NCBI GenBank assembly: GCA_030704615.1 | Contig: CM060732.1 | Location: 68,634,001-68,698,000 of the forward strand | Reading direction: 5' to 3' | Source of the DNA: Takakia lepidozioides | Taxonomy: Eukaryota > Plantae > Bryophyta | Length of the DNA stretch: 64,000 nucleotides | Part shown: positions 25,721 through 38,500 of the stretch, one piece after another | Position numbering within the stretch: the first letter of the stretch is position 1 | Layout of the letters: the number at the start of each line of letters is the position of its first letter | The notes under the pieces: generated by a model | The model's database searches: none | Told to the model about the DNA's origin: nothing | What the model saw: only the letters and a program-made list of their open reading frames with translations | Position numbers and translations under genes: made by a program

Positions 25721-28700
25721 GGGAGGTAGAGAGAGAGAGAGGACAAGGGAAACAAACCTAAACTGATGCTAGCCATCCTAATATGGGACATGTACAGGAG
25801 AAAGACACAATCTACCTGCTCTGGAATCCAAACACCAGGCTTTGTCACTGACTCCAGCAGGTCCGTACCACATAGCAGCATCACCCTCACCTTCTCTGTA
25901 CGTATACAAAAGCATTGATCATCCTCTCCCTCTCCCCTTCCCAGACTCTCATCCAAGCATCTATCTAGTTGCAGTCCATCGATCTGCTCACTGAGTTGAA
26001 AGCCCCTAAATCCCATGCAGTATAGAAAAGGTATTATTGGCTACGGTCTCTGATACAAATCAACACATGATTGGCTGGGATCACCCTGCATAATAAACCC
26101 AGCTGCAAAGGTGCCCTCAAGTCACCAATGGCTGGATCTGGCTATTATTATCGTGAAATTTGCCAGACTGTGACATGTTGGGGCCCGCCTTGCAAAATGG
26201 AGAAGCTTTCTTTAATTTTCCAAGAAGATTTTCAAATTTGTTCAACTAATACAGCTATCCTCAGCCCTTTCCAGGTAAATGATTTTATCCTAGCCACATT
26301 CGGCAAAAAATATAATTGATTTCAACAGCTGTCTGACACTGTCTGCTTGTCGCAGATTTTTAGCAACTTAACAACAATCATCCAGTAAAAGAGGAACATT
26401 TTGAAGGTGTTCTGCCTGCCCAAACATAGCTGTGGGGATGACTAACAGGAGATTTAACTTCCGGGCCACCCTTCCTCTCCGTAGCTCAGGGGTTATCAGC
26501 GAACTACCCTCAGCAGCAAAGCCATGAGAGTTGATGGTCGTCTCCACGCGGCCGAGCACAGTGAGAGTGCGCTGATAGCTGCTCTGCTTAGCCTATGTCA
26601 TGCATACGGCACCCCACCTTAATCATTACAGAGATTACTGCATAACAAGTGAGCTAAAATGACTACATCATTATAAATCCAAACTACCAATATCTCAACA
26701 ACACCTGTGCCAAAACTGGCATAGACAACCAAACCTGCACAGGTCTACAACGGAACAAGGAACCATGCAAATGGGAAGTGGCATATAGGCCCAGGAGTCC
26801 ACCAATGTACCTGCTCATGCAGACAATATTCTCCAAATCGCGAAATAATCTAATGTATTACAGCCTAATGAGTTTGGCTAGATTTTCCTTTGGCATCAAG
26901 ATGCATATACATAATTCTATAGAAAGCCAAGTAACAGGTAGGATGGATGTGAAACTCACCTCCCAAGGGTCCACCATAACAAAGGATGAGTCGCTAGTTG
27001 CGAGCTGGCATAGATTGATCCGGTGCTCTGCAGGAGCCAGACCCTTTGCCAACGCACCCATTGATATTAGTCAGAATGGTGGCTTGAGGATTGTCTGCAT
27101 CATATGGAGAGCACGACAATTTGACAGAGCAGACAGCACTTGACGGAGACAGGAAAAGCACAGCAGGAAAGAAGTGGATTGATAACTGGAGAGCAGACAC
27201 CAAAAATGAGTGCCATATCAAAGACGCATATCAGTGCCTCAGAGAAGAGAGGGGAGGTACCTTTTTGTTGTAAGCATCATTGACAGGAGACATGTAGCCT
27301 CCAAGCACATCATATCCTTCTGTTACTAGAGCATCTCTTGCCAGCTCTGCACAAACCCACATTCCCTTACCAAATTAGCTCCCACCTCTGATGAAGAGAA
27401 ACCTCAAAGTGACCCTCAAACATGGAAGCAAGCCCATCTACAAAATAACTAGAAGAGGCCCCACACTGACAAGCCTGTGTGAACTGTGGTGGATACGAAG
27501 TTACACATGTGGCAAATTGTTCACTCTCAAGTAAATATTATGTTCACTATGAGGTTTAATTTTAGCATAGTTTGTAGAGAAAATACAAGCATCCAACAGA
27601 TGGCCGAGTGGTTTGGACACAAGGTCATCTTACAATAGAAAGGGGGTCATGGTGTCAACGGGTCACCAATGGGTAATTCGGGGACTTCCAACTCCTTAGG
27701 GGGAAGGTTTCAGTAACCACATTGCTCCAGTTAGGGCCGTTTGAAGGTGTCCACTTTCCATATGGAAGGCTAAGGCAGTAGCCCTTCGGGATGAAGAGAC
27801 AACAAATTTCCACCTTCTGTTTTCTCCCCTAGCTCTTTAAGGAAACATCCAAGTGACAGGCAACAGGAAGGGGAAGAACAACAACAAACCGAACATGCGA
27901 AGATGCATATAGGTAGGAGGGTTGAAGCTGCCCGTCGAGACCAGAATAACTCGCATCCGTTTCCTGCATCATTTATCAGTTGATGTCAGACATCCAATTC
28001 CACAGCATCCCCCAGCCAGTTCCCTCTTCCTTCCACTCTATGGTCTCCTCTTCGTTTGCCACAAACACCTCAAGGTGCACAGAGCTTACAAACGATTAGA
28101 TTGAACACAAAGGCATGGAATGCACACTAGATCTGTACCTCAGCCAAGTCCACTTATCCAGGATTTACCAAAGATAATGAGTGCGAACACTTACACTAGA
28201 TCCGTAAGCAGGGTATGTAGACCTTAACCAGGTTTACCAGATGCATGCAATAGGGGTACAGGGTGCTAGAGCTTCTGCAAAGGGAGTGCCAAACAAGGTC
28301 TGCCACAAGAACCATTGCAATTTCTTTAATCAACAACTCTAAAGGAGATAACCACAAAGAGCGAGCTGAAAATTGTCTCCCTCCACATGTAGTGCAAGTG
28401 TCAAGAGCAAAGGCACATGCATGTTAAAAAGAGTGAGGAGCATGTGAGTTTACATACATATGGGGCGAGTCGACAGCTGTGTGCATAGCAAGCTTATCCA
28501 TTGGCAAGGGTACCTCCACGATCCCTGCCCACCCCTCACACAAATAAACCCCCTCTAAATAACATCAAAGCATCGTCACCTCACAGGTCCAGAGAACAAA
28601 AGTTGTTTTCCCTGGTGATCAAGCACTGTGTCAGAGTAAATGGACAGAATGCTTAAAAAATGAACCCAAGAAGTGGCTTCGAAAGGAGCATTATCCCTTG

Positions 28701-29276
28701 TACTTCTACTTTCTTCAACCCATCAATAGCAGATACACTACACCACATCATCAATTTGCCATGCATCTTCACCCAACCTCTAGACACAAGGAGCTACACA
28801 GCTTGCAACATTGTCTCCAGCCTTTTGAATTGAGCAAGAAAAGATGCAGAGACAGAACTTTTGGAATTTCAAAGAAAGCACCTTGTCCAAAAATTGGATC
28901 AAAAACTGTTCCTGACAAGAAAATTAGAATAGCCTGACCCTTTGCCAGTCTGGATTCAGGTGAAGACTCTGGCAAAAACCAACTCCTAGAGTTAAATTAA
29001 TTGTCATCAAAAGGTTCCACTGCTCGAGTGATTGTTCTGTATTGGTAGTTGCCCCCATTCTCATCTCCTCGAATCCCTATCCTTCCTCTCCCCCAATGCT
29101 CTGCTCTTCAAAAAGGGGAAAGGTCTGTATTCACAAGGCTCCATAGTGCTAAGTTCTCAGGCACATCTCTAACCCTTTGATGCAGTGGCAAACAACTCAA
29201 TACTTCAAACAAGACTGCTGCATTGGTCCAATCCATTCAGTAGTTTGTGTGGAAAATATGCAGAGCAACTTCATAC

Positions 29277-30042
29277 CTGGGGCACTGACACCAAGAGGTA
29301 GGCCTGGCAAGGCTAAGTGAGCCGGAGCAGGAGAGCGACTGCGGCGAGTTCCATGGCGATCACCCAGGAACTCTGCCATCGCCTCAAACAGCTGGATGCG
29401 GAATGTAGCAGGTAATTCCTTTGCCTTTGTCTTCTCCTTCTTCAAGGCCTCATCCAAGTCCCAATAGGTTGGGCATCCCACCTTCTTGTTCCAGTCAGCA
29501 ATCTGCTTGAAGGCAGTAGAGAGGTTGGACCACTTGCGCTCAATCTCCTTGGGCTGTCTGTCAACACCCACAACCAGCAAGAGTGCGCGGACCTCCTTCC
29601 ACTTGTCTGTGGCAGATTTGAACACCTGCTTGCCCTTCTTCCCCGCAGCCGCAAGCTTCAAATGGACCTCACGGTACGCCCTTACAAGAGCATCCATTTC
29701 CGCATCTTGCCACATCTCCGCCCTCCTCTTCTTTGCAGCGCTCCCCTCCATTTCAGCATCTTGCCACAACTCAGCCCTTCTCTTCTTTGCAGCGCTCCCC
29801 TCCTTGTCAGCTCGCTCCCTTCCATCCCCTTCTACATCGTCCCCTTCCTCTCCAACCCCAGCCCCTCCGCCACTGGTACCTCCACCATCGCCCTCATCCA
29901 AGCCTTCGACAGCCTTATGCATCCACCAAACTGTACTACTGTCCATGCCTTCCGAGCGCGGGGCCATTCCTCCCCGGAAGGCGACCATCCCTCCTCCATA
30001 AGCATTCACGACAGGGGGACCATCACCACGATCTGACGCCAT
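29277..30042 (-). CDS. Trihelix / Myb-SANT-like DNA-binding protein, major coding exon
   Basis: WQDAEMDALV...DKWKEV...VDRQPKEIERKWSNLSTAFKQIADWN...YWDL...ELPATF...LFEAM. ATG at 30042, donor G/GTATG at 29277. Downstream exons were not resolved. Confidence 0.85.
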
Positions 30043-32176
30043 GGCTTGAGGCTCAGGAGCCAGCTGCAACCTTGGGAATAGCCTTTGAGAGCTCTCGACA
30101 AGAATGAATCAAGTTGGATCGTCACATGCCGACGGGAGGAACTCGAGGGGGATTCTAGCTCAAGATGCTGCTAACAAGAAGAAAGAATGCTCTTGATTGC
30201 GAGTTCTTCCTTGACATGCTGCCACTTTCAAGAGGTCTCATGCATGGTAACCATGACAGCTCGGAACCAGAATTGTCCATGAGCAAGGACCAATCGTTCA
30301 ACATGCTAGTGTCACAGCTACACACACTCGATACCAACAACAAGCTTACCTTCACATTCTTGATCAGTGTGGTATGCCAACTAGAATTCTCTCCTGGGCT
30401 CAGCTGTATTGGATCCAGTTCTTGGGCACTCACCTTCTCCAGACTGAAGAGCGAACCCGAACTGGGAGGTCCAAAAACCCTAAATCTATACCAAAAAAGG
30501 GACCCACTAGACTAGTTTGACAAACAGAGGGGCAGCTCTGCTATAACTGTTGTAGCACCATCTTTGGAGTGAACTCCGTGCACGCACGTTGACCGATTGC
30601 ACGAGCTTGTCTACGTACTATGGGGTGATTGTAGCGCTGCAGCAGCCAAGAGACTTTCTTTGCAATGCTATCCTACAATATGGGTGGAGAAACGGAGTGT
30701 CCGAATCCATAATAATTACATGTCAACAGATTTGCGTAGGCACAACACTGCGCACACCGAACTGATTCTGTAACTTCATATTTGAAGCTGCAAACACCTT
30801 TAGGCGATGACTACTGAGGGTTGAAATTCGAACTTGTGTCAGTACAGCGTAGCTGTAAAAGGAGATGGAGGTGATGAGAAGAATCGTTAGAGGACGATGA
30901 CGCCTTTACTCTCTAGGTTCTGCCAGTCGACTATACCACGCAATAAGTGTGTAATCGGCCCACGCAATGAGCAGGTCCTGCCAATTCTGAATTCTGGACG
31001 GCGACATGTATAAGCAAAGTAGTCCATAGGGAGAAGGTGCAGGAGTTGGTGCAGCCTAATAGTTCCTCTCCAAATTTGGAGGACGACTTACTTTGTTGCA
31101 AGCTTTCAACTACGATGACAAGTTTGACAACGCCCTTTGCGTGGAGGAAGCTGGGAGGCTTGCTGTCACCATGAGCTGAGAGTCCGACAAGTCCAAGAAG
31201 GCCCAGGCGAAGGTCACTCCAATTGAGGGAGTTTGGTTGAGACTGAGGGTTAGTGAATTAACAAGCTTATTCACATTTTCTCTAAAAGTGTTGATGCGCA
31301 ATGTTGCTTTATCCTTTGAGAGTTTAAACATGAAAATATTATGGAGGCATGAAGCCAAAGGGTTTGAAAAGGCAGTTTGCACAAAGACGATGGGTGATGT
31401 TTCCAAAACCAAAGTGTCTCTAACAATCCCAAATCTATCTACTATGCACTAGAAAAGGCAATTTTTCTTCATGCATGTCCGTATGTAATAACCAAGACAA
31501 TTCTATGTTCAATCCAAATTTCAATTTTCTTTTACTTGATGATGGCTTGGAGGAGCAAGCAAATGGCAAGAAAAAGAAGCATACAACGATATGGTATGAA
31601 TAATTAGTGAGCTCAACGACACGCATTCAACATTACTATTTTAAAACTTCACTTACTTGAATGAAGGGAGAGAGAGAAGACTCCGGCCGAAGCCGGCGTA
31701 ACTAAGAGCCACTTCGCCTCGCGTCTACTGCCCGAATGAAGGCACTTTCAACTACAACGAGTCAAGCTTACAGTATAACCTTCTACATTGTGAGTCAAGC
31801 TTACAATATAACCTTCTACATTGTGCTGAGGGTAGGCCACACTATTTATTTTAAGAAAATGCTTTTACCAGTAGTTTGGGGGCAAGTTAGTGTGCTTGGG
31901 TGTTTGGACACTACACTGATTTATTGGCGCTTAGTGTATGTGAACAATTAGTGGATGAAGAAATTAGTGTGTGTGACACTAATTACAGTTTTTACTAAAA
32001 TTAGTGTCACTTTGACAATCGAACTTTGTATATTGTGTATATTTTACATACAAATGCAATTCTCTCTATGTATATATTTTTTTTTCAATTTTCAAAATAC
32101 ATACTTACAAGATTTTGTTACAAGAGCACGCACTAATTTTTTAGAATGAAAATTAGGGTGTGTCGCCCTGGTGGTT

Positions 32177-32500
32177 TTGGCTTCAAAAGTTATTGAAGGA
32201 GATTGGCTATCCACATGAAGGTCCAACAACTCTTCAAGAGGACAATCAGAGTTGTATTTCACTTGTGAAAAATCCAACTTATCATGCGCCTACAAAGCAT
32301 ATTGATGTGAGGCATCATTTTGTTCGTGATAAGGTTGAGGATCAAGTTAATATTTTGCATTGATGAAAATATGGTAGCCGATGTGCTCACCAAGGGACTT
32401 CCTCGTGATAAGCACGATCGCTTCAAGACTATGATGGGAATAGTTAAGGTTGAGATTGCTTGATTATCTTGCTTAGAGGGAGTGTTGGAATAAGTAGCTC
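32177..32500 (+). mobile_element. Ty1/copia RNase H C-terminal half, PPT and start of LTR
   Basis: WLQKLL...EDNQSCISLVKNPTYHAPTKHIDVRHHFVRD...ADVLTKGL, followed by AGAGGGAG TGTTGG. Confidence 0.85.
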
Positions 32501-32639
32501 CATATTCAACGAATCTACAACTTGACTAACAAACAAAGATAGACACATTAAAAGTAACTCTATGTTTGGAATTACCTTTAGTCACTTTGCTATATCCCAC
32601 AAAAATTTCCTTGCCTTTGCATCAAGTTTTGATCCTAAC

Positions 32640-32990
32640 ACCCCAGGTATATGAGGATAAAGTCTTTCTTGAGAAATCATCAATAATTGTACCAAAGTAT
32701 TTGCCTCCTCCAATGGAAGGTGTTGGCATGGATCCACATATATCAGAATGAACCAACTCAAGTAAGGCAGTGGCACGATTACCTCATGTAGTTGGAAAAT
32801 ATTTGACAATGGTGTTTTCCGTAAACACATCCTTCACAAAACGTCAACTGATATCTCGTGTGATATCCAAATTGTTCACAAATTTAGAATTGGGCATCAG
32901 CTGCAAATTTTGCACTTCAATATGACCAAGCCGTTGATGTTATAGATCAGCTTTGCTCCAACTGGATTCTGCTACATAAACATTAGAAGG
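32640..32990 (-). mobile_element. Ty1/copia GAG-pre-integrase/integrase fragment
   Basis: QRLGH...LLELVHSDICGSMPTPSIGGGKYFGTIIDDFSRK. Confidence 0.8.
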
Positions 32991-33614
32991 CGACCGTACA
33001 TTTCCAGAAACAAGACTCTAAAACTTAACCTAATCAAATCAATCTATGCAATAAACTAAGGAAAGAAAAACAACGTAAAACCCTAAGAAACCCTAAGAAA
33101 TCTACTTGTCACATAACATAAAAACCTCTCAACGGTGAGTGTGCCCATCAACCCATGAACACCACTAAGTGCACTAACATAAGACCACAAAAAACGATTC
33201 CGACACCCGTAATAGAAACAAATTCCGAAATCCCTAGAATTTCCGACACCCCTGTCCGCAACGATCAAAACCCTTCTGCGAGACCTAAAACCCTAATCAC
33301 CCTCATTAGCACCAAAAACAACCCATTGAATCGCAGTAGCTCATTCGTAAACCGTTATGAAGCAATGCCAAAGGAGGTAGTAATTGAAACACAGAGCGAA
33401 ATACCTGGAAACACGATGGATGCGTGAGGCCTGTGGTAGGGAAGCGAAGAAGCAAACGATTGCACAGACGCAAAGAGAGAGAGCTTGGAGTGCGCGGCTG
33501 CCCTAAGAACCTCCTTCTCCACCACCTCGGGATGGATGACATTGCATCTTTCGTTGTCACTAATTATTTCATCCATCTTCCCATCCTTGCTTCTGGCTAA
33601 AACGTTTACTGTGT

Positions 33615-33803
33615 GATATATATATATATATATATATATAAAAATTAGGAAACCTGGGATAGACAGCCCACAATTCATGCCCTTGAGGAGTGGAAAAATT
33701 AACCCCTCATTTATGGGCCATGAGGCCTACAGGACGATCAACGCCCATACATACCGTCACGAACAATCCCACACACGGGGTAGGGCAGCGGGTTAGAACC
33801 CCG
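33615..33803 (-). mobile_element. tRNA-derived SINE body with (TA)n tail; head broken off
   Basis: Homologous to the SINE at 60250-61695 and begins at the B-box (CGGGGTTCTAACCC). Confidence 0.75.
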
Positions 33804-34050
33804 TTGCCTCTTTTGCTGCTTGTGTTGCGGCCATGTACTTAGCCTCAGATGTTGATAATGCAATAGTTGGTTGTTTCTTACTGTTCCAACTAATGGAACC
33901 AGTGGCCAAAATGTGTTATATACCCGGTTATAGACCAGCGTATATCAATACATCCTGCATAGTCAACATCGCTGAAACCAACCAAAGTTAGATCCTCACA
34001 ATCTTTCTGAGACTAAGTTAGGTTATACAACCCAAACTCGAGCTCCCTCT
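33804..34050 (-). mobile_element. Ty1/copia RT-RNase H fragment
   Basis: GSISWNSKKQPTIALSTSEAKYMAATQAAKEA. Confidence 0.85.
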
Positions 34051-35589
34051 GAGTGCGGAATCGTTTTTTGTGGTCTTATTTTAGTGCACTTAGTGGTGTT
34101 CATGGGTTGATGGGCACGCTCACCGTTGAGAGGTTTTTATGTTCTGCGACGAGTAGATTTCTTCGGGTTTCACGGTTTTTTTTTTTTTCCTTCGTTTATT
34201 GCATGGATTGATTTGATTAGGTTAAGTTTTAGAGTCTTATTTGTGGAGTGTGTATACATCTTTGACTAGAGCACGTGGCGAGATTCGAGTTACAAAAGTC
34301 TACCCTCATTTTTTTGCCTGTGGTCATAACTGAGGGTCTATTTAGGTCCTGCTTCTTGTGTGCATTGGTGAGAGTGTCTTGGAATGAAATTGTGAGGGAA
34401 ACTGGTGGCAAGGCGTGTTCTGGAGGTGTAAATTTTGGAGGTTGGAATCTGTTATAGTTTAGATCTTGTGTCAGGGAGGGTTCAGAGTGTCTGGAGGCGT
34501 TTGCAATGATCTTAGAGGTATGGTAGGTTGTGATTGTGACCTTAAGACGTTGATTTCAATATAGGTTATTGTGAACTTGGTGACTAAGGAAGAAGTCAAT
34601 GAAGGATATACTGCAAGAGATGATGTATGTTCATAGGTTGTCAGACGAGATGAGGACCTTCAAAGATAAGAAGAATGTCGATCATGACTGTCATTTCAGG
34701 TCCCAATCTGAAACGTGCGTGAAAAAGACCCCGGTGGACGTAACTTCGTTGAAACTCATAGTGGCTTGGTGAATGAAGAAATCGCGCTTCGGATCACAAA
34801 CCATCCTTCTCAAGAAGACGAAATAAAGATGTTTGCATGGTATGAACTTCCCTCTCTTTCCCAAACTACTTGAAAGCATACCAACAAAATCAGTACAGGT
34901 GCAATTGGGAAAATTGGAAACAGTGATGTCGTACGTCCTGTCTTGCAGGGTAGATGCGGATGAGATCATGGTGAAGACCCGACCATACCCTGGATCAGGC
35001 ACTTCAATTGTTCCCGCAACACGAGCGTGAAGCATTCTCGTAGACTCGATCTTGCCGAAGTGTTCTGCAGTTGGAGGGAATCGTCGAACCAGCTTCCCAT
35101 TCCGTCTGGTTGGCCACTAGTGAGCATCACGTGGAGGTACCCGTGAACCGCTTGAACTTGAAGCACCTCCACGTGCAATGGAATGTCTGGCTATGGAGAA
35201 ACCCGCCTCCTCCAACATTACGATCTCTTGGTGAGTGAGACATGTGCCCATCTTCACAGGCCACACGGTTGGTGGAGTAGGCTTCATCACCACGGTGGGC
35301 CTCACTGTCCCACGCACACATCTCCCGCAATTGTCAGCGCAGAATCAGAACTTGTGGTTCTTTGCCTCTCCTTGTCCATAAGGGAGAAATAAACCAGTGA
35401 ATGTAGGAGCTGCAGTGCATTCTTTGCCTCTGGATATTAAAGATGTACACTTTTCATTATTGGTGGCCCGATCGCCGCGCATTTCACACGTGATCTAGCA
35501 CTTGTACGTTCTATATGTCAAACCTCGTCCAAGCACATGGACTCCATTACATCCGGTACCATGTTCTGTTCTTTAACCATTGCAGTGAC

Positions 35590-38500
35590 TATCACAGACA
35601 TAGCCCAGAAGAACTTACCAGGAGTAAATACCATAAATTACCAAGTTACCATGACTTATCGTGATTTACCATGATCTACCATGATCTACCATGATTTACC
35701 ATTACTTATCAAGTTACCGGGGTTTACCAAATTACCAAGAGTAACTTGGGAAACTGCTCAGGAAGCTTCCTTTGGAAGAAACTTCTTCAGCAAGATACCT
35801 CTTTTGTTTAAGGAAGCTTCTCCATCAAGAAACCTTTGTTTAATCTTGGAAACTTCTCCATCAAGAAATCTCCATAGGGAAAGCTTCTGAGGGAAGCTTC
35901 TTAGTAGCCAGTATATATAGGAGGCGAGACTGGACACTCTTCAGTCTCGCCAACACAAGTTCAAGCTACTCTTGTTCCCAGTCCAGTACTCCAGTCCAGC
36001 TTCCAGTATCTAGTCCAGTTTCCAGTATCTGGTACTCCAGTCGTTTCCAGCATTCCAGTATTTAAGTCGAGTTCCAGTATCTTGTACTCTTGTCCATTGT
36101 TATAAAGATCATCTTGATTCATATTTATCTACCATACATTCAGCCACACCGAACTTGACTTCTTGTCTAGTCTCGTACCTCTAGTCTGATCTCTTGTTTG
36201 TGTTTTGTTATGTTCTCGTCCTTGATAGTTTGGCGAGACTAAAGTTTGTTCTTTAGTTAGTTAAGATGGAAGGCACATTTGCGGAAATGTCGCCACATTA
36301 CAGAGTCTTCAGCTCCAGATGCAAAAACTTCGTACCTTTACCGCCCAATTGCAAGCTGATCAGTCTCAAGATCTTGGCAACGCTCTCCACAATTTGCAAC
36401 AACAAATTTCAGAGTTAGAGGAGTCGAACAATGGATCTTCAACCATACGAGTCTCTACTGCAACAGCTCCTACTGCAACGGTTCCTCTTCAACACATTAC
36501 GAGAGAACCAAAGATCAGCATGCCCGAGAAATTTGATGGGACGAGATCAAGATTTCGCGGTTTTGTTCAACAAGTACGATTGTTCCTACGACTACATCCA
36601 CAACGCTACCCCGATGAAGGTATTCAAGTGGGATTCGTGGGCACCCTTCTATGAGGCACTGCCCTATCTTGGTTTACACCGCTATTAGAAAAAAAATTCG
36701 CATTTACTATAAAATTGAAGCATTCATGTCCGAGTTCACTGCAACGTTTGGAGAGAATGATAGAGAGAGAGTTGCAGAACAAAGATATGAAATCTTCGAC
36801 AATGAGCACGTCCTGCTTCCATTTATACTGCCGAATTTCGACAACTTGCGTGCGACCTCGACTGGAATGAGAATAGCCTCATTAGTCAGTTTCGATGTGG
36901 ATTAAAAGATGATGTAAGAGATTTGTTACTGACAATGCCAAACGTGAGCACACTAAGGGAATTCATTACCCAACTCATTGCATGCGATAATCGTTTGTTC
37001 GAAAGACGTCAAGAGAAGCAATTTGGATGGTCGACGACGCATCATCCCACTGCTGTTACGGCACCAAGCACAACGATCCATCAGACATCCAGTAGTGGTC
37101 ATATGCAGATTGATGCTGTCCAATTCAAGCCATTGACGAAGACGACGCTCGAATGGATTATGCCTCTATTGCGAAGATCACATAGCATTAAACTGCCCCA
37201 ACAAGAGAAGATTCAAAGTTCGGGGCACAACTCAAGTGTTCGATACGAGGAGGTCGGAAAACGAAGATGTCCAGTCACAGTAGGGACCATGCGGCTGGAC
37301 ACCACAAATTCCTTACCGAAAAAATGTCTTTTTCTACCTCCAGACCCTGCACCTTGCTTCACAGTTCCGGTAAAATCAGAATGCAAAATCGAGATATCTC
37401 TGTAGAAGCACTTTTGGACTCAGGAGCTTCAGCTTGTTTTATGGACAAAAACTTTGTGAAGCAACACAATTTAACGCTCGTAAAGAAGAAACTCTCGGCC
37501 CCGTTGAAGTCATTGATGGACGACCGTTAGCATCAGGAAATGTGGACCATGAAACTCGACCACTTGAAGTGAAGCTTAAAGATCAAGCATCACATATTGT
37601 TTTCAATGTCATCCAGTCTCCAACGAATCTTGTGATCCTTGGACTTCCCTGGTTCGTACTTCACAATCCCGACATCGACTGGCGATCGCGAAAAATTTCT
37701 ACAAGACAAAATGTAAAAAATATCAAAGACATTCAACCCATGTTCCTTGGAGCTAGAGCTTTCATGAGAGCTACAAAAAAAGAGGCGGCATTTGCACTTT
37801 ATGCGACTCCGATCAAGACCACAATAAACAAATGTACTTCAACATTACCCTCTCAATATCAAGATTTCAAAGATGTCTTCGAGAAGAAAAATGCAGACAT
37901 ATTGCCAGAACATCGACCTTATGACTGTGCAATTGAGTTACAAGAAGGAGCCCAACCACCATTCGGCCCAATCTATAACTTATCCCAGACGGAGTTGGCT
38001 GCATTACGTGAATACATTGATGAAAAATTTGTCGAAGCACTTCATCCGACATACAAAATCATCCGCAGGGGCGCCTATCTTGTTTGTGAAAAATAAGGAC
38101 GGATCATTACGTATGTGTGTCGACTATCACGGTCTCAATAAAGTCACAATCAAGAATCGTTATCCGTTGCCGCTGATTTCTGGGCTTTTCGACCAGCTGG
38201 GACGAGCAAAGATTTTCATCATAATCGACTTGAGATGAACTTATAACCTTGTTCGGATAAAAGAATGAGACGAATGAAAAACAGCTTTTCGAACAAGGTA
38301 TGGACATTTTGAATTCAGTGTTATGCTTTTCGGTCTTACAAATGCTCCAGTAATTTTCCAACACATGATGAATGACATATTTCGAGAATTTTTAGATGAC
38401 TTTGTAGTCATCTATTTGGACGACATTTTGATATTTTCACAGAATGAAGAAGAACATGGCCGCCATGTACGCCTTGTCTTTGATAAATTAAGAGAAAGAG

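Larger units (their letters stand above)
33011..34240. repeat. ~190-bp repeat pair, currently inverted (33011-33203 and 34056-34240)
   Basis: Direct comparison shows high similarity. The left copy lies inside the 32177-33803 inversion. Confidence 0.85.

Noticed and set aside
31683-31700. CCGGC-CGAA-GCCGG hairpin as a Helitron 3' end or ribozyme
   Set aside because: No correctly spaced CTRR|T terminus and no ribozyme core is visible.
33011-34240. Pack-MULE/foldback element with 190-bp TIRs
   Set aside because: No TSD was found, and the inverted orientation is explained by the 32177-33803 inversion.
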